Assembly: GCA_903835325.1 (NCBI GenBank)
Contig: CAILMU010000061.1
Span: forward strand, 1 to 54,742
Source of the DNA: an uncultured Candidatus Micrarchaeota archaeon
GTDB taxonomy: Archaea > Micrarchaeota > Micrarchaeia > Anstonellales > Bilamarchaeaceae
Direction of reading: 5' to 3'
DNA length: 54,742 nt
In this document: positions 43,401 through 54,000 of the stretch, in pieces
Layout: each line of letters opens with the position of its first letter
Numbering within the stretch: the first letter of the stretch is position 1
The notes under the pieces: model-generated
Told to the model about the DNA's origin: nothing
Database searches by the model: none
The model's input: the letters and a program-made list of their open reading frames with translations, nothing else
Translations under genes and position numbers: made by a program

Positions 43401-45526
43401 GCATCGAGGACCAGCTGAAAAACGCCTGCGCCTCTGTCCCGGACACGCAGACAGTGGCGAAACAGGTCCAGGAGTACATGTCCACCCGCCTGATATACAA
43501 CCAGGGCGCGACGATAGTCGTGGTGGAGGGCACCAATGCCAGCGAAGACGCTGCCGTGATGCAGGAAAACATCAAGACCAGGAACCAGATAATCAAGAAG
43601 GACTGCCCCAGATGCCTTACTGCCGTGCGCGTGATGGGCTATGACAATGCGACATTCGCAGCCTCGCTGAGTAGGGTGTTCAACGGCACCAATTGCTTCG
43701 GCATCATCGGGGGTATCGGGGCAGGCACCTGCAATATGCTGCTTGCCGACGACCCGCTCTTCGGAGTGGATGTGGTGATCTTCGACTATGGCGTACAGGA
43801 GAACAAGGAGGCCTATAAGAGTTCAAAGACCCCGGACGAGAAGGCGACTGCCGTCATAGGCGACCTGCAGGACCGCGGGTTCTACATATTGAAGAATTAC
43901 AACAAGCCCTCCATAGTTTTCGATTTCTATGTCTCCCAGCAGGACCTGGCCGGCTCGACATCCAATCCGGATGGCTGGAGCAAGGATGAGGTGGACGCGC
44001 TCTTCAAGAAGATGATAGAGCGGGAGGACGACCTGGTGAAGGCAGGGGTCACCGGATTGTTCTACGCGAGGGTGAAAAGCGTACCGTATCCTGAAGCCGG
44101 CAAAAGCACCGACACGGATTGGACGAAGCTCATCACACCTTCCGATGACTCGGTCCACCGCTCGATGTGCTCGCTGAGCCAGGCGATGCTCCGCATGGTG
44201 GCTGAGAAGCCCCTGACGCTGATAGAACGCAAGAGCGCGACGCCGGTCGTCTATTGCACGGACTGTTCCTATTCGGACCTCTATTCAGGGACATGCTCGA
44301 TGACATGCGGAAACGGCATCAACTGCACAGCCGGACCGGATGCCACAGCCCTGAGCGACCTGAAATGCCCTGATGGCGGGATCCCCGACCCGTGCAGGGA
44401 ATGCAACACGACGGGCAAGACCTTCACCTGCACGATTGAATACGAGAACGGCAGCATCGTGAAGCATGATGTCGACTCGAAGGACATCTCAAACGATGCG
44501 TACGCGGACGTGATATCCGGGATCGCCGCTCCGGACAAGTGCTGCCTCTCGAATGAAGGGGCCAACTATAGTTTCACCCAGAGCTCTGTCACGATCGGCG
44601 TGAATTCTCCCGTGGTCTTCTCGAAAAGCGGGGATACGAACGTGGACTGCGCCTTCCCATCAGCCTCATCATTGCAGAACGCCGGGCAGGGGCAGTTCTG
44701 CAACGTCAAGACGAACACGATGAATTACCGCGTCTCCTGCATTGAGAAGAACGCATATGACAAGCTCTCGGCAATAGGAGCATTCAAAGGAGGCTTCGAT
44801 TTCAGCAAGAACTACCAGGCGATAAACACCGCCCAGGTTCCCGGCACCGGCGGGGCGTTGAAAGCATCTCCCGGGGGCCTGGTGAACGGGGGCAATGCCG
44901 TGATATCTTCCTCGGGGGCAGTGCAGGGCGTAAATGACCCATGCCTCAATGAAAACCCATCCGGGACAGGAGGGGGCCTGGTCCAGGCCCAACCAGGGGT
45001 CATCACCGGCACCGGAGGAGCGGCCCAGACCTGCGAAGGGCCCGCGTACATATGCTCGGAGTTCGCCAAGCAATGGGAGAAGGCGAAGGAGAAGCAATGC
45101 ACTGACTACATCGCGCAATGCAGAGCAGAGCCCTGGACATACAGCAGCTATCCAGACTACGAGTTCTGCCCGGGTCAGGATGATTGCAAGAATAATTTCA
45201 ATACGTACTGCGCCAAGGTCATCCAGAAATACGGGAATGGGCAGCTCGCGTGCGAAGACGCATGCTGCGAGAACATGTGCCAGATAACCATCTGCCCGCC
45301 GGACCCCAACAATCCCAAGCAGAGCGCGCCAGGGTGCACGGAGGTCACCTGCCCGCCAGACCCCTGCCTGCAAAGGAATGACTCCTGCGAGCTGACCTGC
45401 AATAAGGCCGGAGGAGGGTCGGCTATAGTCGATCCGCCATATCCGTGGGCGCCAGGAGGCTCTCTAGCCGGCAAGGGCAACGACCCCTGCAAAGCCTTCC
45501 AGCAGACCGGTCCGACGGTGAAATGA
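40424..45526 (+). CDS. module gene 7, copy B: giant Cys-rich secreted or lipoprotein-like protein (1700 aa)
   Basis: TGATG overlap with gene 6. MRSAYLLIAAVLALSSLYGCLETNKDFTCC parallels the copy-A N-terminus. Both copies share the C-terminal motif PPYPWAPGG(A/S)LAGK.NDPC. The track ORF from 39743 is an artefactual upstream extension. Confidence 0.9.
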   Translation: MRSAYLLIAAVLALSSLYGCLETNKDFTCCLRHYANDTGKCKMYNSTDPNNPLDLSAKTNWCNMTANVCNVTTKDQKVTGFWPNIVLSPAEHSLIPICTELGPQQCIDPKCRVMVCGDFEFRPKVPPTVEDSQKAASKQSGSSAINLYHGQCQFLPMDYKLAGIMKNSQGYLSRFRIGLGTTFDEYAKYSAFFPISDKFCNINTLGTIDRFQNYLVPAQMKFDPLTGINDSCVSDQDPAQAPPPLKLGNLNLGPTNQPVTGYKMAGFIREVSFPVSDINTNYFMTPYSRPDPKFYATELQKRYLDDAYNYTMWVIHVNDKLKDAKIPKASLSTDCSKCAGLCDQVPACMDATIYGERCKTDWANYDKYLEEKAAAEAEVTKALGERPKAAPKALYECDPNRPSECLSSRCSTDDYNRVNLFVSGQEVALPCTLSTVQAPNYDKMFEPNLSAVLPQDGKTVYDSDLGSLMAPYDTYDVLRCEPTTDITFDTPGSSVATHHLAQASYKAAGSDQYTEGTAGDIVLFSYDKARYPADHIYLKYKTDITNTPQDTICSSGESCAGKYEADYSNTGKPVIGYTVMNGQDFPNTLFARLCQLNSSTDYEVVKINNDTVCGEDTHAPLGSCMVAWETPGGSVGNSQKNCYHTMGCVAQGGGSDAVAFFFATGCAIQGQGSCNNPEISPNLADSYYGLSRTFGSGALYNGISTSWQDFPAEIRPQFLNDLQAMHARPDDKNDFQSNRYMCLSPEYPGQQTQADSSPDCVADIPNAPKEIVLIHSLGACDYDLKPGTFPKLKEYGWCDSCTLASMAYQKVDRLDIPYIPLNEVGYSSTTGNPKNYTYQFQKGPAVFDASQLADSFNSSPICTWQPVDDNNKLAFMRCNTSTDFKPYHKQDPGNIHAPQEEPEATYLKMQMARFQQSGAIPILDLSDDADWAPIDATIYVDESGFYDKCKSDNQESASSFCSLGALQLQYKPACENDYPGDMAKVLQCMNDRCIEDQLKNACASVPDTQTVAKQVQEYMSTRLIYNQGATIVVVEGTNASEDAAVMQENIKTRNQIIKKDCPRCLTAVRVMGYDNATFAASLSRVFNGTNCFGIIGGIGAGTCNMLLADDPLFGVDVVIFDYGVQENKEAYKSSKTPDEKATAVIGDLQDRGFYILKNYNKPSIVFDFYVSQQDLAGSTSNPDGWSKDEVDALFKKMIEREDDLVKAGVTGLFYARVKSVPYPEAGKSTDTDWTKLITPSDDSVHRSMCSLSQAMLRMVAEKPLTLIERKSATPVVYCTDCSYSDLYSGTCSMTCGNGINCTAGPDATALSDLKCPDGGIPDPCRECNTTGKTFTCTIEYENGSIVKHDVDSKDISNDAYADVISGIAAPDKCCLSNEGANYSFTQSSVTIGVNSPVVFSKSGDTNVDCAFPSASSLQNAGQGQFCNVKTNTMNYRVSCIEKNAYDKLSAIGAFKGGFDFSKNYQAINTAQVPGTGGALKASPGGLVNGGNAVISSSGAVQGVNDPCLNENPSGTGGGLVQAQPGVITGTGGAAQTCEGPAYICSEFAKQWEKAKEKQCTDYIAQCRAEPWTYSSYPDYEFCPGQDDCKNNFNTYCAKVIQKYGNGQLACEDACCENMCQITICPPDPNNPKQSAPGCTEVTCPPDPCLQRNDSCELTCNKAGGGSAIVDPPYPWAPGGSLAGKGNDPCKAFQQTGPTVK

Positions 45527-46080
45527 GGATGGCCGAGTTTATCGAAGTCCTCCGCCTTTCGCACCGCCTTCCGCGCGATGAACGCATCTCCACCCATGTG
45601 GCGCTCGTCGCCCGCGCGTTCGGAGCTTCTTCTATTATATATAGCGGACAGCATGATGCAGGTCTCGAATTGAGCGTTTCGCGCATCGCAGAAAGATGGG
45701 GCGGAAGACTTGGAGGCGGGGAGTTCGCGATTTCGTACGAGCGCAACCACACCCAATTCATAAAAAAGCGCAAGCGCGAAGGGTTCGTTATCGTCCATCT
45801 GACGATGTACGGGATAAAAATAGGAAAAATGCTCGGCGAGCTCGATAAAATTAAAAATAAAAAAATCCTCATCGTAGTGGGTTCCGAAGCGGTCCCTCCC
45901 GAAGTGTACCAGCTCGCTGATTTCAATGTCTCGGTGACAAGCCAGCCCCACAGCGAAGTCGCGGCCCTCGCGATAACCCTTGACCGGCTGAGGGAAGGAG
46001 CCGAGCTCGAGCGCGATGATTTTTTTGGGGAAATCCATATCGAGCCGAGCGAACGCGGGAAGAGAGTGGTGAAAAGATGA
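45523..46080 (+). CDS. trm56: tRNA (cytidine56-2'-O)-methyltransferase, archaeal SPOUT-class aTrm56
   Basis: Segments LRLSHRLPRDERISTHVALVARAFGA, RWGG, VHLTMYG, IVVGSEAVPPEVYQLADFNVSVTSQPHSEVAALAITLDRL match the aTrm56 pattern as I recall it. ATGA overlap with gene 7. Size is about 185 aa. Confidence 0.85.
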   Translation: MRMAEFIEVLRLSHRLPRDERISTHVALVARAFGASSIIYSGQHDAGLELSVSRIAERWGGRLGGGEFAISYERNHTQFIKKRKREGFVIVHLTMYGIKIGKMLGELDKIKNKKILIVVGSEAVPPEVYQLADFNVSVTSQPHSEVAALAITLDRLREGAELERDDFFGEIHIEPSERGKRVVKR

Positions 46081-46122
46081 CAAATCAAAAGGATTAAAAA
46101 TAGTTCAATCTTATAGTAATGT

Positions 46123-46788
46123 ATGTCGATATTCGATAAATGGGCCTGGATCAGGCGAAATTGCGCGTATGTGCTTGAGGAAGCCACTGCATTGGATCTG
46201 GTCTTCGTCGGAGGCACTGCGCTCAACCTTGTTCTCTTCAAAGAGTATCGCGCATCGGAAGATATCGACCTCTATGACCCCCAGGCGAAAACCGTCGGGG
46301 CTGCGCATGAAAAAGAATGCGTGGAAAAATTGGCGAAGCGCCTCGCTGAAAAGGGTTTTGAAATCAAATCAAGAGATGAAAGAGCCCTTTGGATAGGCCC
46401 GAACATAAAGGTCGAAGTGTTCAATGACGGGACATCTTTCACGAAAATAGAGAAGAGGGACTTTGACCAGGCAACCATCCTCACCTTTGACCTGAAAACA
46501 TATGCGGATATGAAGATGGCCGCCCTTTTATGCAGGACAACCTATGATGCACGCGACCTTGTGGATTTGTTCGTCATGAAAAAACAGGCCGGGGTTGTGC
46601 CGCGGTTCCCTGTACGCGAATGTGACGTGATAGAGAACCGTTTCAATGGAAGATTGATGAGCATCAAGCAGACCAAGAGAGAGGATCTGTCGGTATTCCA
46701 AACGGATGCGCAGATTGAGAATCTTCCCTACGGGGAATTCGAAGAATTCAAGAAGTGGTTGTATGGCTGGCTATCAGGATTTCGTTGA
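46123..46788 (+). CDS. AbiEii/AbiGii-type nucleotidyltransferase (type IV toxin-antitoxin toxin family)
   Basis: Motif VFVGGTALNLVL...RASEDIDLYD is the GGTAL / R-x-S-x-DIDL pattern of this family. A TATA-like TTAAAAATA lies about 20-28 nt upstream. Confidence 0.65.
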   Translation: MSIFDKWAWIRRNCAYVLEEATALDLVFVGGTALNLVLFKEYRASEDIDLYDPQAKTVGAAHEKECVEKLAKRLAEKGFEIKSRDERALWIGPNIKVEVFNDGTSFTKIEKRDFDQATILTFDLKTYADMKMAALLCRTTYDARDLVDLFVMKKQAGVVPRFPVRECDVIENRFNGRLMSIKQTKREDLSVFQTDAQIENLPYGEFEEFKKWLYGWLSGFR

Positions 46789-47479
46789 GGTATTCGGCAG
46801 CGGGGTTTTCATAAAATCGAGCGGCATCGCAAAAAAATATCCGCTACAAAAAGCCCTTGCATCGTTGTACGTCTTGCCGACATTCTTCAGGGGCATATGC
46901 TACATCCCGACGGGTCTGGAAAGGAAAGCCCATATCATCGAAAGAAAGCAGGATTTCTTCACTTCGCTGTTTGATTTCCGTTATGGGAAGAGAAGGTGGT
47001 ATTGGGCTTTGAGCACAGCCGCACGCCACTATGGCATTGAATGGAGCGCCACAAGAATCCTTGAGATCGTTGCCCTGGAACGGCCGAAAACGATCGGCAT
47101 TTCAGGCAAAATCCGATCCCTGCAGAGGAAGAGGTCATACCGTTCACGAACTCTTGCAAGATATCTTGCATCGTTCGAAGTGAATGCGATATACGTCCAT
47201 AAAGGGAATGCGGGGTCTTTGCTATCGATTAAGATAGATGATGCGATAGGGCCTGTCTGTTCAAAAGAGCAGATAAAAAAAGACATCGAAACCTTCATCC
47301 CGAAAGTCAGGGACCCCAGGATAAAAGGCATATACAAGCGGATTGCTGAGGAGATGAAGCCGGAAGGGGAACTGAGCATGCAGACAAAAAAAGATATCGA
47401 GACCGCCCGAAAAGATATCAGAGAAGGGAAAGGAGTGATGTTATCGAAAATCGGCCATAGGAAGAATACCTACAAGTAG
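46763..47479 (+). CDS. possible AbiEi-like antitoxin/regulator (238 aa)
   Basis: Segments LPTFFRGICYIP and WYWALSTAARHYGIEWSATRILEIVALERPKTI resemble AbiEi core motifs (RGxY, SAL..hGl...p..i.v). The start is chosen at MAGYQDF and is uncertain. It overlaps the toxin gene's 3' end. Confidence 0.45.
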   Translation: MAGYQDFVEVFGSGVFIKSSGIAKKYPLQKALASLYVLPTFFRGICYIPTGLERKAHIIERKQDFFTSLFDFRYGKRRWYWALSTAARHYGIEWSATRILEIVALERPKTIGISGKIRSLQRKRSYRSRTLARYLASFEVNAIYVHKGNAGSLLSIKIDDAIGPVCSKEQIKKDIETFIPKVRDPRIKGIYKRIAEEMKPEGELSMQTKKDIETARKDIREGKGVMLSKIGHRKNTYK

Positions 47480-47583
47480 GCACAGAGCCGGGCGCATGGT
47501 TCTGAGCCAACGGCGATGAAATAATCGGGCCGAAAAGGAAGTTTTTTATTACATGCCCGAGTCATAAGGAGCGAGGTATTTCT

Positions 47584-47985
47584 ATGCTTGAGATGAGAGA
47601 GATGTGGCTCAGCGGCGCCGAAGTGAAGAGGATGGAGGGCACAGGCGTCCCGAGCAGCATCCAGATAAATCTGGGGATTGACAAAGTGACCGAGAACGGC
47701 TCTGGTTCGCTGATGCTGGATTTCACGTACATGGTGGACTACAAGCCCGCGTACGCGATGGTGAAAGTGACCGGGCGGGCGAACTGCTACGACAACCCGG
47801 AGAACATCAAGAGGATCCTGGCCGAGTTCAAGAAGAAGAAGGCCTTGCCCCCGGAACTGGCATCTAACGCGATAAACATGATAAACGCGAATGCCGGGAT
47901 AAACATCGTCTTCCTGGTGAGGCCGTTCAATCTGGCGCCGCCGTTCATGCCTCCGCCCATATTCGCCGAAGGCAAGAAACAATAA
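47584..47985 (+). CDS. small hypothetical protein (133 aa) with a Pro-rich C-terminus
   Basis: GAGG-type Shine-Dalgarno-like element (GGAGCGAGGT) about 8 nt upstream of the ATG. Composition is natural, and the opposite-strand ORF is Arg/His-rich junk. A faint SecB-like pattern is present but not claimed. Confidence 0.55.
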   Translation: MLEMREMWLSGAEVKRMEGTGVPSSIQINLGIDKVTENGSGSLMLDFTYMVDYKPAYAMVKVTGRANCYDNPENIKRILAEFKKKKALPPELASNAINMINANAGINIVFLVRPFNLAPPFMPPPIFAEGKKQ

Positions 47986-48060
47986 TGAAAATAGGATGGG
48001 CAAACCAAGGCCCAAGACGCTTCTTTTTAGGTTTTCCGATTCACTCCAGCCGTGCCCAGG

Positions 48061-51000
48061 CTAGAACAGCATGCCCGCATGTATCATGAACCCTGCCTGC
48101 ATAGGCTGGTTCTCCACCATGGTCGCGGTGGACTGCATTGATTCGGGCCGGGCCGTCGACATCGGCATGAACGGCCAATAGCCTTTCCATCCTACAGCCG
48201 TTATCCACCATTTGCTCCCGACTCCGCCCCGCTCTATGGTGGTGTTGGTGTATCCTATCCCGCCGCGCATGATGAATTGCGAGTAGGAATCCGACTGGTC
48301 GAGGGTGGCTCCGGCTGCAGGTATCGAGGTCGCCCCCAGGACCCGCCCCGTCTCCTTCCCGCCTTCGTAGAAGATGTGCAGCGCGTTCGTCGTGCCGGTG
48401 ACCACATTCGTCCTGGACCAGGTGATGCCGAGGCCTGCTGTGGCCCTTTGGAATTCCGAGAGGTTCGCGCATGAGCCTACTCCGAGCTTCGTGCAGATGT
48501 CGGCGAGTTCGTCGGTGTTGTGGAACACGTCCGAGGATGCCGCGACTATCCTCTGCTGGGCCGCGTTGAAGAACACATAGCCGAACCATTGGTTGAGCAC
48601 GGATTCGGTCGCGACGGTCCTGAGCCTGCCTGAGACCATGAACTGCAGGTCCCGGTATTGCTCCACGCTGTATTGCCGGGTTCCCACCTTGAGACCGGCC
48701 AGGATATCGTATTTGTGGTCCTGGAACACGTCTATGATTCCGCCGACGGTCCAGTTGTTAGTTGCAGACCATGATTTGGCAGCCTGCGAAGTGAGCGGGA
48801 CGGTGTATCCGCCGATCACCTTGCCTGCGCTGAACCACCTGGCCCTTTTATCGCCTGAGAACATAAGCTTGTAGTTGCTCCCCTCCTTATCGATGACCAG
48901 CCTGGATATGGCTCCCCCTATCTGGAGGCCTGCTTCCTGCCATTCCTTGAGGTCCTCGTAATTGCCTATCATCAGCGCCCCTATCGAACCGGGCTCCGAG
49001 ACCTTGGTGTTGAGGATATAGTATTTGTTGTTCCTCTGGTCCTTGAACAGCTTGCGGTCGCTCTTGTCCCTCATCGAGCTGTCGGCCGATAGGCGCTGGC
49101 TGAGGATTATGTCGTACCTGTCGGCATTCAGCCCGTATTCGCTTGAGGAATCCATGGCCTGCTGCAGCACGCCCTTGATATCCCTCTCCATGACGGTCTT
49201 GAGCTCGGCTCCGGTCAGTTGCGTCTGGACAGGCGGGGACGGCATCCTCGTCTCCGACAAGCGCGCCTCGATGCTGTTCGCTTTCTGCGTACGGGCGATG
49301 AACGCCTTCTCCATCCTGTCCGGAGATAGGAGTATCCAGTCGTAATCCCGGTTCCCTTTCATGACCATCTCCAGGATATCAATGCCGTAATCTGCCTTCA
49401 GCCTCTCAAGGTCGGGTTTGGTTTTCCTCAGTTCGGTGTAGATGTCGATGAGCGCGTCCGCGCTTTTCCCCAGGTCGTCATGGAAATGCGTGATCAACGG
49501 CATCACGTAGTATTCCTGGTCTTTCTTCTTCGCCTGCAGGTCGCGCACTATCTCCAGCTTCGGCTTCACCATCCACGAGAGGTCGTCCCTCCCCTGGTCC
49601 GCGATATCGATGAACGCTTTGCCGTAGATGCCTTCGAGCCGCCTCCTGTTCGGACCCATCATGTTCCCATATTCGTGGTAGACGTCCATCAGGGCGCGCG
49701 CGGCATTCGGCTCGCTCGGAATGGAAAGCGGGCGCTCGTACTGGTACTCGGGGCCGAGCGGATAGTTCACATAGCCGAAGCCGGCATACATATCGGCATA
49801 GGGCCGCAACGCCGGCCTGCTTATCGAAATAGTAGGCTGGCTCGTGTCTATCACGACGGGCGCATAGCCGTAGCCCCTTAAATCTATCTGGGCATAAGTC
49901 GAGGTCGGTTTCCCGAATATCATCAATCCGGACAGATTCGCGTATGCCTGCTGGTCCTGCGGGGTGAGGCTCGCGGTGGTCGAAGTCATCCATTGCCCGG
50001 ACCCGATCAAATACGCTCTGGTCTTCTCGCCGTCATAACCGTAACCTAGGGTGAATCTCCAGATGTCGCGGTCTACATATGATTGCAGGCTCTTGTTCAG
50101 ATTTCCCAGGATCGTCTCCTGGTTCTGAGGGTTGAGCTGTATGTCCCTCATGGCGGAATCTATCGTATTGTACATATTCGTGAAGCCCGGCACCCTCTGG
50201 CCCCCGACCAGAAAGCTGTGCCTCTGCGCCCAGTACATGAAAAGCAATGAGCCGTAATGCGGGCTCGGCGTGTTTATAGGATTGCCGTTCGCATCCTTGC
50301 GCTGGCCGACGGTGTATGTCCCATCCGCGTTCCTCTGCGTCCAATCCTCGAGCTTGCCGTACATGTAGGTGGCGGAAATCAGCAGGCCGGTGTTCCTCGC
50401 CTCGTCCTCGCTCCAGTGGTAGAAATTCACGAGCGTCGTCTTGATGCGCGAATACATCTGGTCGGCCTGGGCGCTCGCCATCATGTAGTTGTCCATGAGA
50501 TTTATGTCGCTGTAGCTCACGGTCGCTCCGACGGATTTCGTCTGGTATTTGGTCGGCTTCCATTCCCACGCGCCTTTCACGCCCACTACCGGAGACCAGT
50601 TCCCGCCGGATGTGGAGAACACGGGCGTCCTCATCGCGCCTCCAGCTGCCCTGAACTCGAACTGGTCTGCAAGAGGGCCTTCCCTGGTCCTCATCCTCCG
50701 CCATAATACTTCGCCGACGCCCCCTGAGAACGCCGAATCCGAGATGTGGGTATTGTCCGTGGGATCCGTCTTCACCACTTCATTGCCGCGGAAGAAAGCC
50801 GCATACACATCCTTCTGCTTGCGGTCCTGGAGCAGGTGCGTGACTGCGTTGCCGACAGCCTGCTGGGCGGCATAAGGCGTCATGCTCTGGATATCGCGCG
50901 CGAGATTCCCGAAAGCGAGCGCCGAGTAGGTCTCGCCTCCTCCGGTCGGAAGCGTGAACCCGACAGCGGTGCCGCTCAATCCTCCGGCCGCCGAATCCTT

Positions 51001-54000
51001 TGAGAGCATGCTGCTCCCGATTGTTTTTATGGATGAGAGGAACTGCCTGGTGTTCGCGCCGAAATAGAGGAAGTTCATCAGCTCGGCCTGCGTGTCCGAA
51101 CCGTAGTCGAGCTGGTACATGTTGCCTTCCTTGGTGATGAAAACGAGCCTTGAATCCAGCCTTCCCTGGGATGGCTGGTTTGTGAGTTCATCGTAGTGCT
51201 CGCCCGCTACATAGACCAGCATGTCCGTCGCGTTCTCCTTGGCTATCCTCGAATAGGTGTCCAGGAGGCCTTTCGTGTAGCCCCTTGTCTTCTGCTCTGT
51301 GGAGCTCGACGCCCCGCCTGGCGGGGACAATGTCGTTGTCGTGCCGGCGTATTCGCGGTGGATATTCCCTATCCCGCGCGTGATGCCGACATTCTCGTCT
51401 TCTGCAAGGAACGGCAGTATGCCCGAGAAAGGCACCTTCATGGCATTCGCCTGCGCGTCCACTGTGTATTGCCTTGTCGCGGTTGAAGATGTGACCGGGC
51501 CGCCAGCCGGACCAGCGATGGTCGTGGTCGTGGAATCTGTGTAGGTGACCGCTTCCCTGTGGCCTCCGCTGATGCTCCTCTGGCCGAGGAAAGCCGCGAT
51601 GCCCCCGGTGTCTGTCGTCGTGGAACCTGAACTTGTCCGGCCGAAGAATCCGCCTGCCTCGCCGACGGTGTTGAGCCAATACCCGCTGTAATCTGCCGGC
51701 ATAGGCCCGAATGACTCGCCGATACGCCTGAGAAGTGTGGATGCCCCGATAGCGCCTATCCTGAACCTGTTCGAGACCCTCTGCCTGAACATCTTGGGCC
51801 CGGGTTCCCGGACCTGGTCGGACATATATGAGTATGTCGTATCAGCGCCCGGCGTGAATGCTATCCCGGTACCGACAGGCTGCCTGGCCTGCGTCGGCAT
51901 CGTTGCCCTCGGATAGAGATCCAGGGGCTGGGGTATCTGGCCGTAGTTGGTCGGCATGGGCTCGAAACCGGTCGTCTGCCAGAATCCAGGTTTCGGCTGG
52001 TACAGATAGGGAAGCTTGTAGTTCATATCGAGCCTGGGTTCAGGAACCAGCCTGAGCTCGTCCTCGAGCCGGTTGTGGTCGAAGTCGCTCGTCGCTTTCC
52101 TAAGGTTGGCGCCGATGTCCGCGAACACCCCGAGGAAGTACCTGCGGTTTATGACATTCGAGTATGCCCAGCTGCTCTGCCCGTTGTCGTATCTGGCGAC
52201 CACATTAGCCGTGAATGCGCTCATGGCGCTTATCAGGGTCATCTCGTCCTGCGTCACATCAAGGATGGCAGGCATGACATCGAGAAGGAAAGGCCCGAGC
52301 AGGTATGGGTCCCTCTGAGAGATGATTACGATGGTCTGCATCAGGGAATTCGCTGCCGCTTTCGAGAACGAGGAGTCGGTCCCGGAATACCGTTCCAGCG
52401 CCATGCCCAGGTAAAGGGCATCCATGAGGCTCAGCTTGTTCGGGAGGTCCGCGACAGCGGCATCGGTCAGGTCTCCGGTCGATGGATGGAAATTGCCAGT
52501 GCTGCGGGAAAGATTGTACTGGTCCGAGAGCTGGTTGAAGAAGTTCCTTCCCTGCGTGATGAGGTTCTTGCCTGAATCCGTCGCAAGGAATGCAGCGAGC
52601 TGCTCCGGGCTGGAGATGCCCTTGAAATTAGGAGGCAGGTCGACATTGTACCTCTTGGAGAGCGACTCGAGATTCCGGCTGAACAGGTCGAGGTTCACGA
52701 AAAGGTTGAACAGGTAGTCGTTCGTGCCAAGTTCGTCGCGGTAGTATTGTATCGCCTGGGTCAGGTCGGTAGACATGGTCTGCGTCGCGTTCGTGAAGCT
52801 TGTGGCTGTCTTTATCTGCAGGTAGACCTTCGGGATGACATCGGCCAGGTGTATGAAGTTCTTCATGAAGTTCGATTTCGCGACGCCGGGGCCGTGCTCG
52901 AATCCGCTGTTGAGCGTCTCATAGAGCTCGGGGGGCATCTGGGATTCAAGAGTATCAGCGGTGGTCGAAGGGCTCTGGATTATCTTCTCGAGCAGCTCGA
53001 AATTGGCTTCTATGGCCTTCACGAAGGCTTCGCCATGGACATCGTAAAGCTCGGCCAGCGCGCCCTTGTAGAGCTCGATGTTCTCCTTGGTCTGGGGCCT
53101 GCTCTTGTTCTCTTCAATCACCGAGATTATGGAGGTGATGTCCTCGAGCATATGGGTGTCCTGGTCGCGGTAGGAGCGGAGCGTTCCGAGGACTGCTTTC
53201 GAATGCGCCGAAGGGTAGGCCTGCATCAATGCGTTGCGGACAGATTGCGGGAGGTCTTTCACGGTGTCGAGGTTGGCTCCGGCTTCTTTCAATGTGGCAA
53301 GCGAATCCTTCTGCGCTTCCACCGCCTTCACGAACTCCTCGCCGAAAATCTTGACCATCGAGGCGCGGTCCTCTCCGGCACTCGGGTTCGTTATCGCCCG
53401 GTATGTCCTAATCAGGATGGATGAATACAGGTCGTTCTCCACCATCTTCATGTTCCCCATCTTGAGCTTCATCTTCTCCGGGCTGTCCAGGAAAGCGAGG
53501 TTAGGCGCCTGTGCCCGGACAGCAGTGACGAATCTCTGGCCGTACAAGGAGACCCACTGGCGCTCCTGCACGGTGTCGCCTTTCTTTATGGATGCGTAGA
53601 CGCTTCCGAGGGCGTCGAAATACGCCTTCTCGTCCATGCCGATTATGAAACCGAACAGTTCGGGGTTCGCCTTGCGGAGCACGCCGGCGACCACGTCCTC
53701 CATCACGGCGCGCTTCGGAGTCCCGGCTATCGCCGCGAACTTCGCCATCAGGCTCGCCATCCTGCCGGATGCGGTCGAAAGTGTCGGCGTGATGCCCGGG
53801 AGCATCGGCGTGTTCATGAGGTCTCCCCCTGTCTCGGCCACATGGATGAGGGCGAATGCCGTCTCGACGGCCTCATTCAGCTCCTGCGGTGTTATCATGC
53901 TGTCGCGCAAACTTTTCTGCCTGGCGGATATGGCCCTGATGGCATCCGAGCCGAGGTTCGGGCTGTTGGATTCTCCCCTGAGGCGCACATTCTCCTTCTC

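Larger units (their letters stand above)
28231..45645. repeat. tandem duplication unit, copy B (8 genes plus 5' part of the intact trm56)
   Basis: Colinear with 11337-28082. Confidence 0.85.

Noticed and set aside
45175-46241. Two minus-strand ORFs (302 and 272 aa) across the trm56 region.
   Set aside because: They are antisense to a confidently identified aTrm56 gene and to the end of gene 7. Their composition is poor.
47470-48589. Minus-strand ORFs 47470-48015 (181 aa) and 48041-48589 (182 aa).
   Set aside because: The first is antisense to a better plus-strand ORF with an SD-like element. The second is an out-of-frame overlap of the 3' end of the giant 48061-54741 gene. Both are Arg/His-rich.
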